DNA of 64,000 nucleotides. It comes from Raillietiella orientalis (lineage: Eukaryota). The translations under genes and the position numbers were made by a program. The stretch lies in contig JAYWIR010000024.1 in assembly GCA_036172245.1 (NCBI GenBank), forward strand, positions 186,001-250,000. Direction: 5' to 3'. The notes beneath the pieces were generated by a model. That model did not search any database. It was not told where the DNA came from and saw nothing but the letters and a program-made list of their open reading frames with translations. Numbering within the stretch: position 1 is the first letter of the stretch; each line of letters starts with the position of its first letter. Positions 26,185 through 38,200 of the stretch are shown one piece after another.

Positions 26185-28329
26185 GCTCAATGTTTAATAA
26201 AGTTCCTATCAGGAGCACATTGCACTTTTCCTAAACAGCTTTGAGATGCTGTATTCTGAAAAAAAAATTTGTTACATACTCATAGGTTTGGAAACAATGG
26301 ATGGATACACACAAGCATCCGTTCAACGAAACAGTTTTAAAATATTTCTGAAAAAGATTATGACTTTCTTAATCCTTGTAGTGCAAAGGCTGCTTGAAAG
26401 TGAAAATTATACAAAATAAAATTATGCGACCTAAATCAATCTTCACACAAAGTATAAAAAATATACGTATACATAGGTAACGCAGTCATATACACCCAAA
26501 TAACAAAATATTTTTTAAGTGTTACATGCGGCAACAGCGAGCTAGCACCCCCATCACGTGCATCCGGTAGAATAATGGTTTACACAACCATGCGGTGAAT
26601 TATTAGCACCCCTTTATTTGATATGAAAAAAGTACATGAATTATCACCTAATCTGGAAGTAGATTAATGACAGGTATAGGGAAAAAATATGATGTGAAAG
26701 AAATATGCTTCAAATTATGCTATCAAGGTTCAATTTTTTCTAAAGAAAATTTACCCTGGACATATTCCCGTATTTTCCAGACTATAAGTTGTATTTATTT
26801 ATTGAAAAGCATTCACACTATATTTCTGTAAGTCTAATGATTTCAGAAACCTTCATCCATGACTATTATATTTTTTACAAAAGTTTTTCCTCGTTTTCTA
26901 TAGGCAAAAATTGAAATCAAGAAAACATTCTGTAAGTCAATTGCCCACTTATCAACTAATTGTCATTCATTTATCGTTAATAACACTTCCTTCTGAATTA
27001 TATACGATATGCCATTTTGTATGAAATGTTCTGAAGGAAAACCTGCATTAAACGTCTAGTATTTGTGAGAATAACAGTGAGAAAGAATTTCAAACGTAAA
27101 CATCCTTCTCAAAATCTGAAGAAGTGCTGTAGTTAAGATGGGTTACTAGAGTATTTCATTGAGATATAAGAATTCTGGTGAAATTTCTCAAGCAAATTCT
27201 GCATTGGCATTCTGAAGATAATTTATAATACTTTCCCTATATTTAACCACACATACACGTTTCGTTCTGTTCCAAACACTTCCATAAGTTCGAGTTCGAG
27301 AGAGAATTCATAAAGATGTCAGCATATAAGAGTAAATGAAGCTTCTTTACAAAAAAACAAAACTTTTCTTAAGTTCTTTCAGCTAAGCTAGGGAAAAAAG
27401 CAATTTGCCAGATAATAATCGCATACTATTTAACAAGAATATTCTATCTGGATTATTTTCGTCACATCGTTTATCTGTACGGAAGGATTCTGACACCGAA
27501 TGCCATCAATTTCAGGATGCTACAAGTGCTACAAAAAAGAATATAATTCCGGAGCATTCCCATTCCCTTCCACCCATTCCAGTAAAATAGCTTCGAGTTC
27601 TTCCGTTCTAGTGTTCATGTAGATTTTTTCCTCAAAGAGTGCAATCTTGCAATCTTGACCTTTCTTCGATTACTATCTTGAGTTCATCTCTATTCGTCCT
27701 CGGAGGATCGAGATGGCTCTGAGTTCACGGAAGTGTAGTAAGTGAGAGATGGGATTTCACTTCTGGTGATGTTAGAAAGATTTATTTTTCCACGTAGTAA
27801 AAGTTATTTCGAAAATATATTCTCTGTATTTACATTTCTTCATATGAAGTTTGAGGCGTTGTACAGAAAGGGAATTTGATCCTTTTCTTCTGTTACAATA
27901 ATGTCAGGAATAGAAATCCTTTTCCTCTGCACCCGATGGGATATAAACAACGGTTTTGTTTATGTCAATTAACACTACACTTACGAGGAATTTATATTTT
28001 AATGAATTCTTTCTTCATGAATGCAGCCAATAAAGAATAGGGTTATGCATTAATGACCAAAAGGAATCCCAGATGCAATAATTTTTTATTCACTATGAAT
28101 TCTCAGATCCATTCTTTACTTTATTCAGGTTTCGCGATTATTTACTGAGAATGATCTCGATTTATTTCGAATCCTGAAAATCTCATGGCAAAGAATGGAT
28201 CAACGAAATTTTATTGTAAAACACACCATATGAATTAAGATCATCAGTGTAGAACTATCAATGAAAGCACTGAAGTAATGAAAATCGAATTCATCAACAG
28301 AGTAAGCTGTTGTTGAAAGTTTTAATCTA

Positions 28330-28510
28330 TTCTTCAGGATAGGAGGCACCCCTGGATGGGGGTCCGCCCTATGAATCCAGGAAGGGCTCGGAGTCCGTTC
28401 CTCTCACGCTTGGGGAGGGATCCCCCCGGACGGAGGGGATCGCACTTCCCACCCTGGTTGTCTCCGAAGGGGAACCCCGAAGGGAATCTCCTTCCTCATT
28501 CTCTCCGGAG
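28330..28510 (+). repeat. Partial copy of a GC-rich multi-hairpin dispersed repeat (inverted relative to 34835-34994)
   Basis: Shared segments include cctatgaatccaggaag, agtccgttcctctcacgc, tggggagggatcccc, caccctggttgtctccgaaggg and ttctctccggag. Confidence 0.85.
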
Positions 28511-29331
28511 CAACCATCGTCAAATCTCAATTGTTTCTAATAATAACAAAAGGAAATGCAACTGAATGTAAAATGCGACAACTAAACAAAGCTAAATATA
28601 CGTCTGATGGAATATTTTAACTATGAAATGTTTTCATATGAATCCTTTAAAATTAGGGCGGACAAACTCAAATCAGGACGCAGAATTGAATTTTCAGTAT
28701 GTAGATTTTAACTACTTAGAGGAATTATTTTCAATATGTACACATTCTTATATCTATTAATCACTAGCGCATAAAACGATGAAATTCCCGAATAACTGAT
28801 TTTTCCAGATGGTGAGAATAATTAGAGTAATTTTCCTTGAAACTTCGGAAAAACGATTTTTGCTCGTAAATCATATTGGTTATGACTTCTCTTTCGTATT
28901 CTTTTTTGAGAGAAATTATGGGTGGCTGAGGTTTCATATTCATTCTGTTTTCCAGCTATACTCTAATTTGTTGTCAATCTTTTCATTATTGAGGAGATTT
29001 TATCTCGGTGTAAATTTTCGCGAATGATCAAATTGACTCAGATTTGTGATCCATTTTCATTTCTCAACTGGCAATTCTTTGACTTAGTTTTTGAATATTA
29101 GTGCGGGGTGTTTTCATTTCAATTATTCCTGGTTGCGTTTTTAAGCAGTATAAAACAAAGAAGTTCTCAAAATCTTTTCAGGTAATGACCGTATTCATGT
29201 GCTGTATTGTATGCTATGTTATTGTATGCTACGTATGATATTCTATATTGTATGCTAAATTTACAAAACTAGGTTTCGTGTGCAAACCGGTAGGATCTTG
29301 TGTTGATTTGCCTTGATGTGTAATGAAAACT

Positions 29332-29365
29332 TTCATTATGGTGAATTAAAATTCACCATAATGAA
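29332..29365. repeat. Perfect 16-bp inverted repeat upstream of REV1
   Basis: ttcattatggtgaatt-aa-aattcaccataatgaa. Confidence 0.85.
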
Positions 29366-29757
29366 TGTTTTAATTTGCCTTAAGCTTTGGTATTTTCCTT
29401 AAGCTTTGTTTTATAAATTTAAAACATTTTGGTATCTATCCCGAATATTGAACTTGAAGGTGAGAAAATGGTTTCCAGATAGGTAAACTTGCTTCTGAGA
29501 ATCATCGGTTTGATGTTTGACTTTGCCCTCCGTTTACCATTATAATGCATTATTTTGAATTGTCATACTTATGTGCAGTATTGTAACAATTTGCAATTTT
29601 CTGTCCACAAATGAGTTTAGTTTTGCTTTCAGAAATTCTTCAGACATTTTCTTAACACTACATGATATGCAAATCTTTATTTAGGATTTCTGTCTAGAAT
29701 TCCGTGGCAACTTTGAAAACTTCAAGTTATAATTCCAATATGTAACCATTTTCGAAA

Positions 29758-32700
29758 ATGAGTGAACCTGAGTTTCAAAAGACTAGGGTTAAAAGACCGA
29801 ATCCATGTGAAGACTGGGTAATATGATCTTTATGTTCGTCAATGTTAGCTAAATCTGTTTTACAAACTAATCTAACTTTTCTGCATGTCTGATAATGTCT
29901 ATGTATTATTGTAAATTCATAGTTTTGAACCATTCCAGAGTACATATATGACTTTTAAGAAAACAAAACTTGAGAAGCAGTTTAATAAAGAAAAGGAACT
30001 TGTTGTGGAACACAAGCAATCCAGTACCATATTTAAAGGAATTTCTGTGTTTGTTAATGGATATACAGGTACATTTTGTTTTCATTTGTTTTTTTAAGCA
30101 TGAAGCAGATTTGTGTAATTTACTCAGTATAAATCATCTGTGGTATTTATTTACTCAAGCTCAGTCAATTTTAAATGGTAATTTTTTTTCAATGCTTTGT
30201 TTTCTAATAGATCCTAGTGCTGAGAAAATCCGTCAAATAATGATTGAAAATGGAGGTGTTTATCATCATTACTATAGCCCCAATCGTACAACTCACATTA
30301 TTGCTAGCAACCTTCCATATGCTAAAATTCAGTTAGCACGTCAGAAAATAGTTGTTACTCCAGCTTGGATCTCAGATAGCTTAAAAGAGGGAAGACTTCT
30401 GGATTACAGGAAATATGTGTATCAGTTTGATCAAGATAAAGGACAAAAAATGTTATCTTTCCAAATGAATTCCACTACAAATAAAAATACTGCAGAAAAA
30501 TCAGTATGCCCTACTGTTAAGAATGCAGTGTGTACTGATGCAAAGGATCCTCGATTTGTTTCTCAGTTCTTTGATCGTTCACGTTTACATTTAATCTCAT
30601 CTTTGAGCATAGATCTCAAGGAATACGTTCATAATTTATGTTCAGGAAATCCAGACTTTTGTCCTTCAGTAGAAAAACTGTTGCATTGGAAAAAATCAGC
30701 CAATATTTCAAATCATGTTTACACTGATCTGAAAGAAAACATAATTTTCCATATTGATATGGATTGTTTTTTTGTTTCTGTGGGTCTAAGAAAACGACCA
30801 GAACTGCGTGGTCATCCAGTAGCTGTAACTCATGCATGTGTCCCTGCTATCACATCAGCACATCACAGTATCAAGAATTCTACTGCAGAAATAGCCAGCT
30901 GTAGTTATGAAGCACGTGCCAAAGGTGTTCACAGTGGAATGTATGTGGGAAATGCCATAGGCCTCTGTCCAGATCTCATCACAATTCCATATGATTTTGA
31001 TTCATATAGACAAGTTTCTTTCTCTCTTTACGATATTGTTGCAAGGTAAGATGTGAGCAATGAGGTGAGGAAGCAGCATTTTGTGTAGTTTCACACATAA
31101 ACTGCAGGCAGTGAGTTGTGATGAACTGTATGCTGACTGCACTTCTCTGCTACATCAGATTCAGGTTGGTTCTCTGGATTTAGCTCAGCATTTGAGGGAT
31201 ATTATCAGGGTAAGTTACTGAGAGCAGAAATACCAATTGTATGTGATCAGGATTGCACTCAATGTGGAGCATCTATTGGTATAGGGTCAAACATGTTATT
31301 GGCTCGATTAGCCACTCATCATGCCAAGCCTAATGGCATGTATCACATTACATCTTCTCAAGTGCCAGAGTTCATGAAACAGGCTAACATTAGCATTCTT
31401 CCAGGTATAAATAAGTGGTTGGGCCTAAGGATATAAACTTTCACTTTTTCAGGGATTGGGCACAATCTTTTACAGCAGTTGCATCAGCTTGGCATTACCA
31501 CTTGTGGTCAGCTGCAAGCAGCTGCATCACATACATTGCAAAAAATTTTGGGGCCAGGGATGGCGCAGAAGTTGTTGAATAGAAGTCATGGTCTGGATGA
31601 TCATGTAGTAACACCTGTATACAAGCGCAAATCTGTATCTGTGGATGTCAACTATGGTATTCGGTTTACTGACTCTAGTCAAGTTGATCGATTCATTCAG
31701 AGCCTGTGTACTGAATTGGAGGGACGCCTTAAACAGGCAGGTCTGCAAGCTGGATCACTGACTTTGAAACTTTTGGTACAGTGCTTTTATATCCTTGACA
31801 ACTGTCCCAGATTCGTTCTGAAGATGCTCCTGTTAAACCTACGAAATACATGGGGCATGGGAAATGTGATCAGATAACTAAATCAGTCCAGCTGCTAGAT
31901 GCCACAGATCAGCAAGAACAAATGTGCAAGTGAGACACAAATCAGTTTTCCATGTATCTTTGATATAGGAATATCCTTCCTATTTTCCATCAGCTGAAGC
32001 TCCCACCAGAGGAGCTACGAGGCATTGGAATTCATGCAGGTCGCCTGCAGCAAGGTGGCAATGTGTCTGCGTCTATACATTCTTTATTTGCTAAACAACT
32101 GAAAAGAGAGCAAGCATCTAACAAAAAACAGGTTGTTACCAACTCAGTGCATCCACAGCAACAGGTTGTTTATGAGCGAGCTTATTTTTTGGAAAAATAA
32201 AGTCATTGTTAAAGCTAGAGAAAATTGCACCTCCGTGCCAAGACTTTGACCCAGTGGTATGGGATGAGTTACCTAGAGAAATTCAGCTCGAGATTCAGAA
32301 AGAATATTGTTCTTCATCATCAGATCTGCCCCTTCAACAACCTCAAGAAGATGCAAAAACACTGCATAAGTTGTCCTACTCTCAGGTAAGCTTTTATTTA
32401 TCATGTGCATGAAGACTGAGATGCTTTGTATATAGATTGATGCAAGTTTCCTGGATGCGCTACCTGAAGATGTGAAAGAAGATCTCCAGAAAGATTTAAT
32501 GTCATCAAAGAAAGATTCATCATATGGTGCTATGAATCAGTTCAATTCTGGTATGTAAGAAAAATGTACACCTTTGTTGAGATAACACGTTAGCCACCAG
32601 AGAACTAGTGCATAATTTATTTGTCTTCAAGATTCTAGGATAAGTCTTGCATCTTCATCAAAGGATCCTGGTGACCCTAAGCTACTCTGTTTAGCAGCTG

Positions 32701-33140
32701 CACAAGTTTCCAATGAAAAATGTGTTTCTTCACATAGCAATCTATCATCAGGAGTTGCTTCTGCACCTGGATTTGTAGAACCATCGAAGCTGCCAACTTT
32801 TTGTTGTGCCTCCACTTTGGATGAAATGAAAAATCTCATTGAAGCGTGGTTGGAAAGTGGCAACATTCCTTTGCATACTGATATTGTTATGTTCACAAAC
32901 TACCTGGACTCACTGCTTGATCTACCAGATCTAGAAGCCACTTTTGAACTGATGCTTCACTTGCATAAGTTAGTTACAAAAAAACATACACCCTAATCAG
33001 ATTTATTGCTTTGTTTCAGTATGATCCTTGAGAAACATGCACAAAGATGGAAACAAACATACTTAAATATGTTGGAGCAAGTTCAAGAGAAAGTTATCCG
33101 TTTGTTCGATGCACCTCTTGCTCTTCCTTCGAATTGGTAA
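29758..33140 (+). CDS. REV1: DNA repair protein REV1 (Y-family deoxycytidyl transferase)
   Basis: YMTFKKTKLEKQF, BRCT domain (VFVNGYT..THIIASNLP), SRLHLIS, HIDMDCFFVSV, IASCSYEAR, QAVSCDE, RKSVSVDVNYGIRF, KYMGHGKCD, UBM-like DPVVWDELPREIQ and DASFLDALPED, C-terminal domain. Confidence 0.96.
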
Positions 33141-33249
33141 CAAGATGTAACGTTTGTCGATTGCGAATGCGGATTTCCAATACTTATGTAACTCCTGAAA
33201 AACATTCATGCAGTCATGCTCATACCAAGAAGCATCATTTCACGAATAT

Positions 33250-35099
33250 GTGCCTTCAGATATTGAAAATACATTTGACCCAGCAAACTTTAAATACTTT
33301 TAATGACTTCGAAATGGTTGTTAAAGTTTTGCAAATTCTCTGCTTTACTGATCCAGAAAGATCCAATCGGAACTCTTCACTGCACCGCTTGGTTGCATCT
33401 TTGCGCAACTCTTCGTAACATTCATCGTGACCTGAACCCTGCACATTCGAAGGAAAGAATAATTTTCCGAGAATTAATGTTGTATGCAACACATGGGAAC
33501 ATGAAGTCATGGCCCTGTTGGTAGCCGTGTTTAATCGTGAAAACTGTTAGTAGTTGATTGTCTAGTTTTCCTTCTCCGTGCTTTCGTGGAACAATTTTCC
33601 CGTCCGGTCCGACCTTCGCAGAGAACTCTTTCTTCGCCTTAGGGGTGATTCCGAATTAGCTTGGCCATGGGAGTCGTGGAGAACACGAATCACTTCCACA
33701 TCAATGTTATTCTAGTACTTTTAGCATATCATCATCATCCAGGAAACACAAACAAACGCACAGTCGTCATGTGTTTTTGTTACGGAGACTGACATCTCGT
33801 GAAGTGTAAAAGCACAAGCAAAGTGTAGAAGCAGCATTTTTCTCTTGGAAGATGAAACAGGCAGGGAACGTACTCCGTTCCAATGAAGGCGCGGGAATGC
33901 ACGAGGCCGAGCATGATGGTTAAAATCAATAAATTCACACAATGCTGCAGAAGGTGAATCGTTTGGCTGGTCAGTGGCTTGCCACAAGAATCCTCTGCAA
34001 CTTTCCTCACCAAGGGAGCATCCTCTCTAGCAGAGCAGTTGTGTCTTTCATAAAACGGAAGCAGCCAGTCTTGCACAGGAAATGTGTTATTTCTACGATC
34101 GGAAATGGAATCCATAATGAAGAGCGCGAAATGCCAGGTCTCCAGACGAATTGGTCGATGGGGATTGATCTGGTCAGACACATTTTCACTGTAAATATGC
34201 ACACTCTGCGCCGGGACGAGAGCTGCATCCCAACGAGTTGCGATGACCATCATGGCTGCGGTCGGTCACACTCGTTCTGTGGGCACATCTTAGTAGGAAG
34301 CATGCTAGAAACATAATAAAAGCATTGTCAAGAACATTGGTCCAAGAAATTTGCCCGCGTCGGAGGTCATGTGGTCACGGTCTCCGAGCGTAACACCAAA
34401 CGTCCGTATTCGAATACTCGGCAAGAATCGACGCCGAGAGATGGGGGTGCGTGGTGGGTTCGAGTTCCTCCTGCAAGATGATGCTGATTGGCCTCCATTC
34501 ATTCGGGTGAGGCACTGATTATGGTTCAAACCGGATGAGCCCGATGAGCGGCCGGAACAATGGGAGTCGACCTCCGGGTCCTTTCAGGAATCAAAGAGTG
34601 GGAGCTCCCCTCCGGTTGTGAAGGAGCGGACCCCCCAATTCAGGGGAACCTTCCGCGTCGTACTGATGAGTAGGTGTGTCGCCACCTCTCCAGAGAGTGC
34701 AGAGAAGGAGCCGATCCCTTCGGGAAGCGTCCTTCTGGATTTCTGAAGCGTCCCATTCAGAAGAAGGAGCGGTTCCCTTGAGGGTTCCCTCGGGAGAAGA
34801 AAACATGGAGCAGACCCCTCCGGTGGTCTCTCTCCGGAGAGAATAAGGAAGAGGAGATTCCCTTCGGAGACAACCAGGGTGGAGGTGATCTCCATTCCGG
34901 GGATCCCTCCCCAGGCGTGAGAGGAACGGACTTCGAGCTCTTCCTGGATTCATAGGACGGTCCCCTCCAGGGGTAACCTCTATCTTGCAGAATTACACGC
35001 ACCCTCACGTGGCGTGGTACAGCGTCAAAGACCTGCTCAAGCTGCTAGGCGCGCGACGGCTCTTGAGGTACTCGGCGAGGCAAAAAAAAGGAATTTTTT
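33250..35099 (+). mobile_element. Probable decayed retroelement 3' part ending in A8, containing the multi-hairpin repeat
   Basis: KWLLKF and LHRK...C..C-like fragments, raised GC, A run at 35092-35099. Orientation and extent are uncertain. Confidence 0.35.
34561..34994. repeat. GC-rich array of about 10 related short hairpin motifs; dispersed repeat of unknown class
   Basis: Recurrent GGAG-N(2-6)-CCCTYCGG-like motif near 34563, 34601, 34623, 34707, 34766, 34807, 34853, 34881, 34923, 34955. Second partial copy at 28330-28510. Confidence 0.75.
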
Positions 35100-35299
35100 C
35101 GGCAGTTCCGTCTGTGAAACCTGCATCTCAGTACACAATACCTTAAGACAGGGAGCGGACCGTGTCCGTGTGGATTTCTATCTACTCTTCTAGACCGGGA
35201 ATATTTCGCAAGAGGATTCTGGCATAAATGTAAGATCACTCTTATCTGATCAGTTTGCCTATACGTCTTCATAGAGATTCCATGAAACGCTTTCCGATA

Positions 35300-36960
35300 C
35301 CGGATTATCTGATAATAGCTGCAAAGTCCATCTTACGACAATTGGGACGTGCTCAAAGGTACAGTGAAGACGTGCAACTGTATGTGTAGAAGGCGGTGCC
35401 CGTCGGTCTGGTTAAAAAAATTTCTTAAAATGTATGCTGTGAGAAAGATGATGCTCCTATGGAATCAGCTACAGTCCTAGTGCTGCGTGTCATGGATCAG
35501 TCAGAATACAAAGATAGAGTTTGAAAACAAAAATCTTTACTGTACAAAAATGGCTGGCAGTTGGGTGTTGAATAGCTCAACGAAGACAAAGAAGTGTTTT
35601 AGTGTGAGACGGTGGACAACAACATCCGGTAATTGTACGAGACAGATGACACCACTAGAAATATAAATACGCAAATAAGGATATAAAAAAATATGCAGAT
35701 GAGTTATCAGAAGCTGCGAACAAGAGGGTGACACGGCTCCAACAACTAATCGATGGATTCCTTCGGTCGACAGAAAATATGGGATAGGTTAGCTGAAGCT
35801 GAAGGAGGTATTTGGAGAAGAGCACGAATTGGATTTAGCGTTTCGGAACTACAAATCTGGTAAACGTTGGTGAGCGTTTGCGAAATGAGCGTTTGAAGCC
35901 AAAGCTGGAAACCCTGATTTCCCATTTCTCTGGGGTATTCCTGATATTTGCTCCCTGCAGAAAAGGGATAATGCTGAATGCTACATCAGAAACATGAAGG
36001 ATCGGAAAACCTGATTTGTCTTGGATGTAGAAACACGTTTGACAGAATGGATTCCGAGGTATCACGATGTGTCCAACGAAGGAAGTTGGACTGCCAAAAC
36101 TTTCTATTGGTGTTTAGAAAGCAGATCAGGAACAGCGTTCAGGCAACGAGTACCTGGAGCAGAAAACAACAGTACCCTAGTTTTGAAGCCATTCTTCTCT
36201 CTGAAACCTCACAGCAAACCTGGAATGGAAGGGTCGCCGGACTATTTCGCTGAACAGCTGTTCCCTCGAGCAGAGAATAGAGAGACAGAGTGCTATCCGC
36301 TCTTTCCGACCATTATAGACTGGAGTTCGAACTTCCCCTACCTAGCAGGGGACCTTCAAACAACGTTTGGAGGATGCCGGCTTAGCCATCCGGAAGCGAC
36401 GGAGCATCTCCAGTACCTCCGCGGCTTTGTCATTCGTGAACTCACAAAACAGGACTATCAGCAAAGATCGGTCCACAAGTTCTGCTGTCGGTTTCCCTTG
36501 CATCTACTTACGCGCGGCTTCGGAGAAGGCGTGGCGAACGGCAGAATTTTTCCGTAGCCCCACTTTCGCCAGACGCGTGGACGTTAGGCGCCTCGCGGAG
36601 TACGAGACGAGGGCCGAGAATCAGGTCTGGCAGTCTGGAACGACTTGCCTGTTAGATCAGGGCCGGGAATGCGCGGCCCCAACCGATGTACGTCACGTAA
36701 TAAGGCGCTACTACTCGCGGAGGCGCCTACGGAAAGCAGTCTCTTGAAGCTGCTCCTGTCGCAGGATGCCCTAGCCGTCAGTTTGGGGAAACATACATGT
36801 CTCGACGAGCCCTTTACGATGGAAGAAGTTTTCTCAACCGCTGCAGAGCTCAAGAGACGAAAGGAACCAGGCTAGCATTGGCTGCTCGCGGAGTTCTTCC
36901 AGTGCTTTGCGGCGGAGCTCGTTCCCCTGGTGCAGAGCCTCTCGGCGCTGAAGAGGCTTT
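35300..36960 (+). mobile_element. Decayed L1/Tx1 ORF2 fragment (endonuclease to start of RT)
   Basis: LDEPFTMEEVFSTAAELKRRKEPG*HWLLAEFFQ matches the RT N-terminal 'FT.EE...K.PGPDG..AEF' motif. Many stops and frameshifts upstream. Confidence 0.68.
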
Positions 36961-37049
36961 TACTCAGTGATGCTGGGACGCCTATTTAAAGAAATAAACC
37001 ACAAGACAGAGGAATACAATGAGGATGTCCAAGTGAGAAGAGGCTTTCA

Positions 37050-38200
37050 AGTCTTCTCGGCTTTCGAAGAAAGAGAGGCAGTAGGTATGTAAGGAATCCA
37101 ACGTTAAGTATGTATTGCTGTTTACATATCCAGGGGAAAAGCGTCATTCGCTCTTCCAGAGAACATCAAGGATGACAAGCGGGGAGCAAGATAGAAAAAT
37201 TCCTGCACTATGTTGCATTTAAAGAGGCAACAGAGACTTGTGATCGTTTTGTCTGTTGGCATAGCAATTCTCATGAGCGGATTCTCAATTTTGCACCTCC
37301 CTGGAGAGTAGCGGTGTGTCGTAAAGATAGTCTCCAACACTCTTCGACAAGCATTTGTGGGCAGCATTCTCCATTTGCACAAGATCGTTAGGGACTGTGC
37401 TTTCTCTTGCACTACAGTGTGCAAGAGAGCGTAGCAAGAGAAACTCCAATGTAACCGCAGCATCGCCCGAGGCCATCGTTTCAGGGGAGTATGAAGGTGT
37501 TTATGAGAGCCACAGGGATCTTTAAGTTTCACTGCCAGTGTAGTATCGTTTCAGTTATCTCTGTCGTGTTGTATCCGGAGAGGAAAGAGCTCTATTTGGA
37601 AGGTTCCGCCAAAGGAACAGGTTGTTGTCGACCTTCTTTATTTGTGACGCCCATTCCGAATTTCAATGCGATTTCCCATGTGCGAATTTCGGATGTGCAC
37701 ACAAGCTCTTAGCTGTGAGTGGATCCATCTGGATGGCGAAATGAACTCATGTGTTCGTAGCAGAAACGTACGTGGTTGGTATGAATGGTAGCCACGTGAA
37801 GGTCATGCATATCTGCTGGGCGATGCTAGAAGATGGAGGAATCTTATGAGAGGCGCTGGATGAATGACATAAGAAGAATGACTCAAGGCAGGACTGTTGA
37901 AATAGAGATACTCCTTTTGTGAACTTCGGGTCGAGATATGCACTTCTGGAACAAACGTTTGCTCGACGAATAAGGTGGCCTAACAAAATTGGATCCCACA
38001 CACTCAAGGAAAAAGATAAACCGACGATTGAGCTGAGATAAGTGCGTATTTGTGTTTCCGTCGTCCATTGGGCAGTTGTTGTGAGTTCTTGACGAATAAT
38101 GTATACGATGCCTGGCAGGTGTAATACTGATGACAGCTGATATACTGATGCCTCTCATACCTACCACATATCCCGATGAAGCTGTACTTCAAGAGCCGCG
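37050..38200 (-). mobile_element. Decayed L1/Tx1 ORF2 C-terminal fragment
   Basis: LTILCKWRMLPTNACRRVLETIFTTH resembles zf-RVT (W..LPT..C..ET..H). Confidence 0.5.

Noticed and set aside
34450..34472. tRNA or Pol III B-box (gggttcgagttcc)
   Set aside because: No cloverleaf or convincing A-box at the right spacing.
34655..34710. Hammerhead ribozyme at ctgatgag
   Set aside because: The stem after CUGAUGAG is not followed by GAAA, and no closing helix with a cleavage triplet could be built.
34561..34994. CRISPR array
   Set aside because: Repeats are degenerate and irregularly spaced, there are no cas genes, and the context is eukaryotic.
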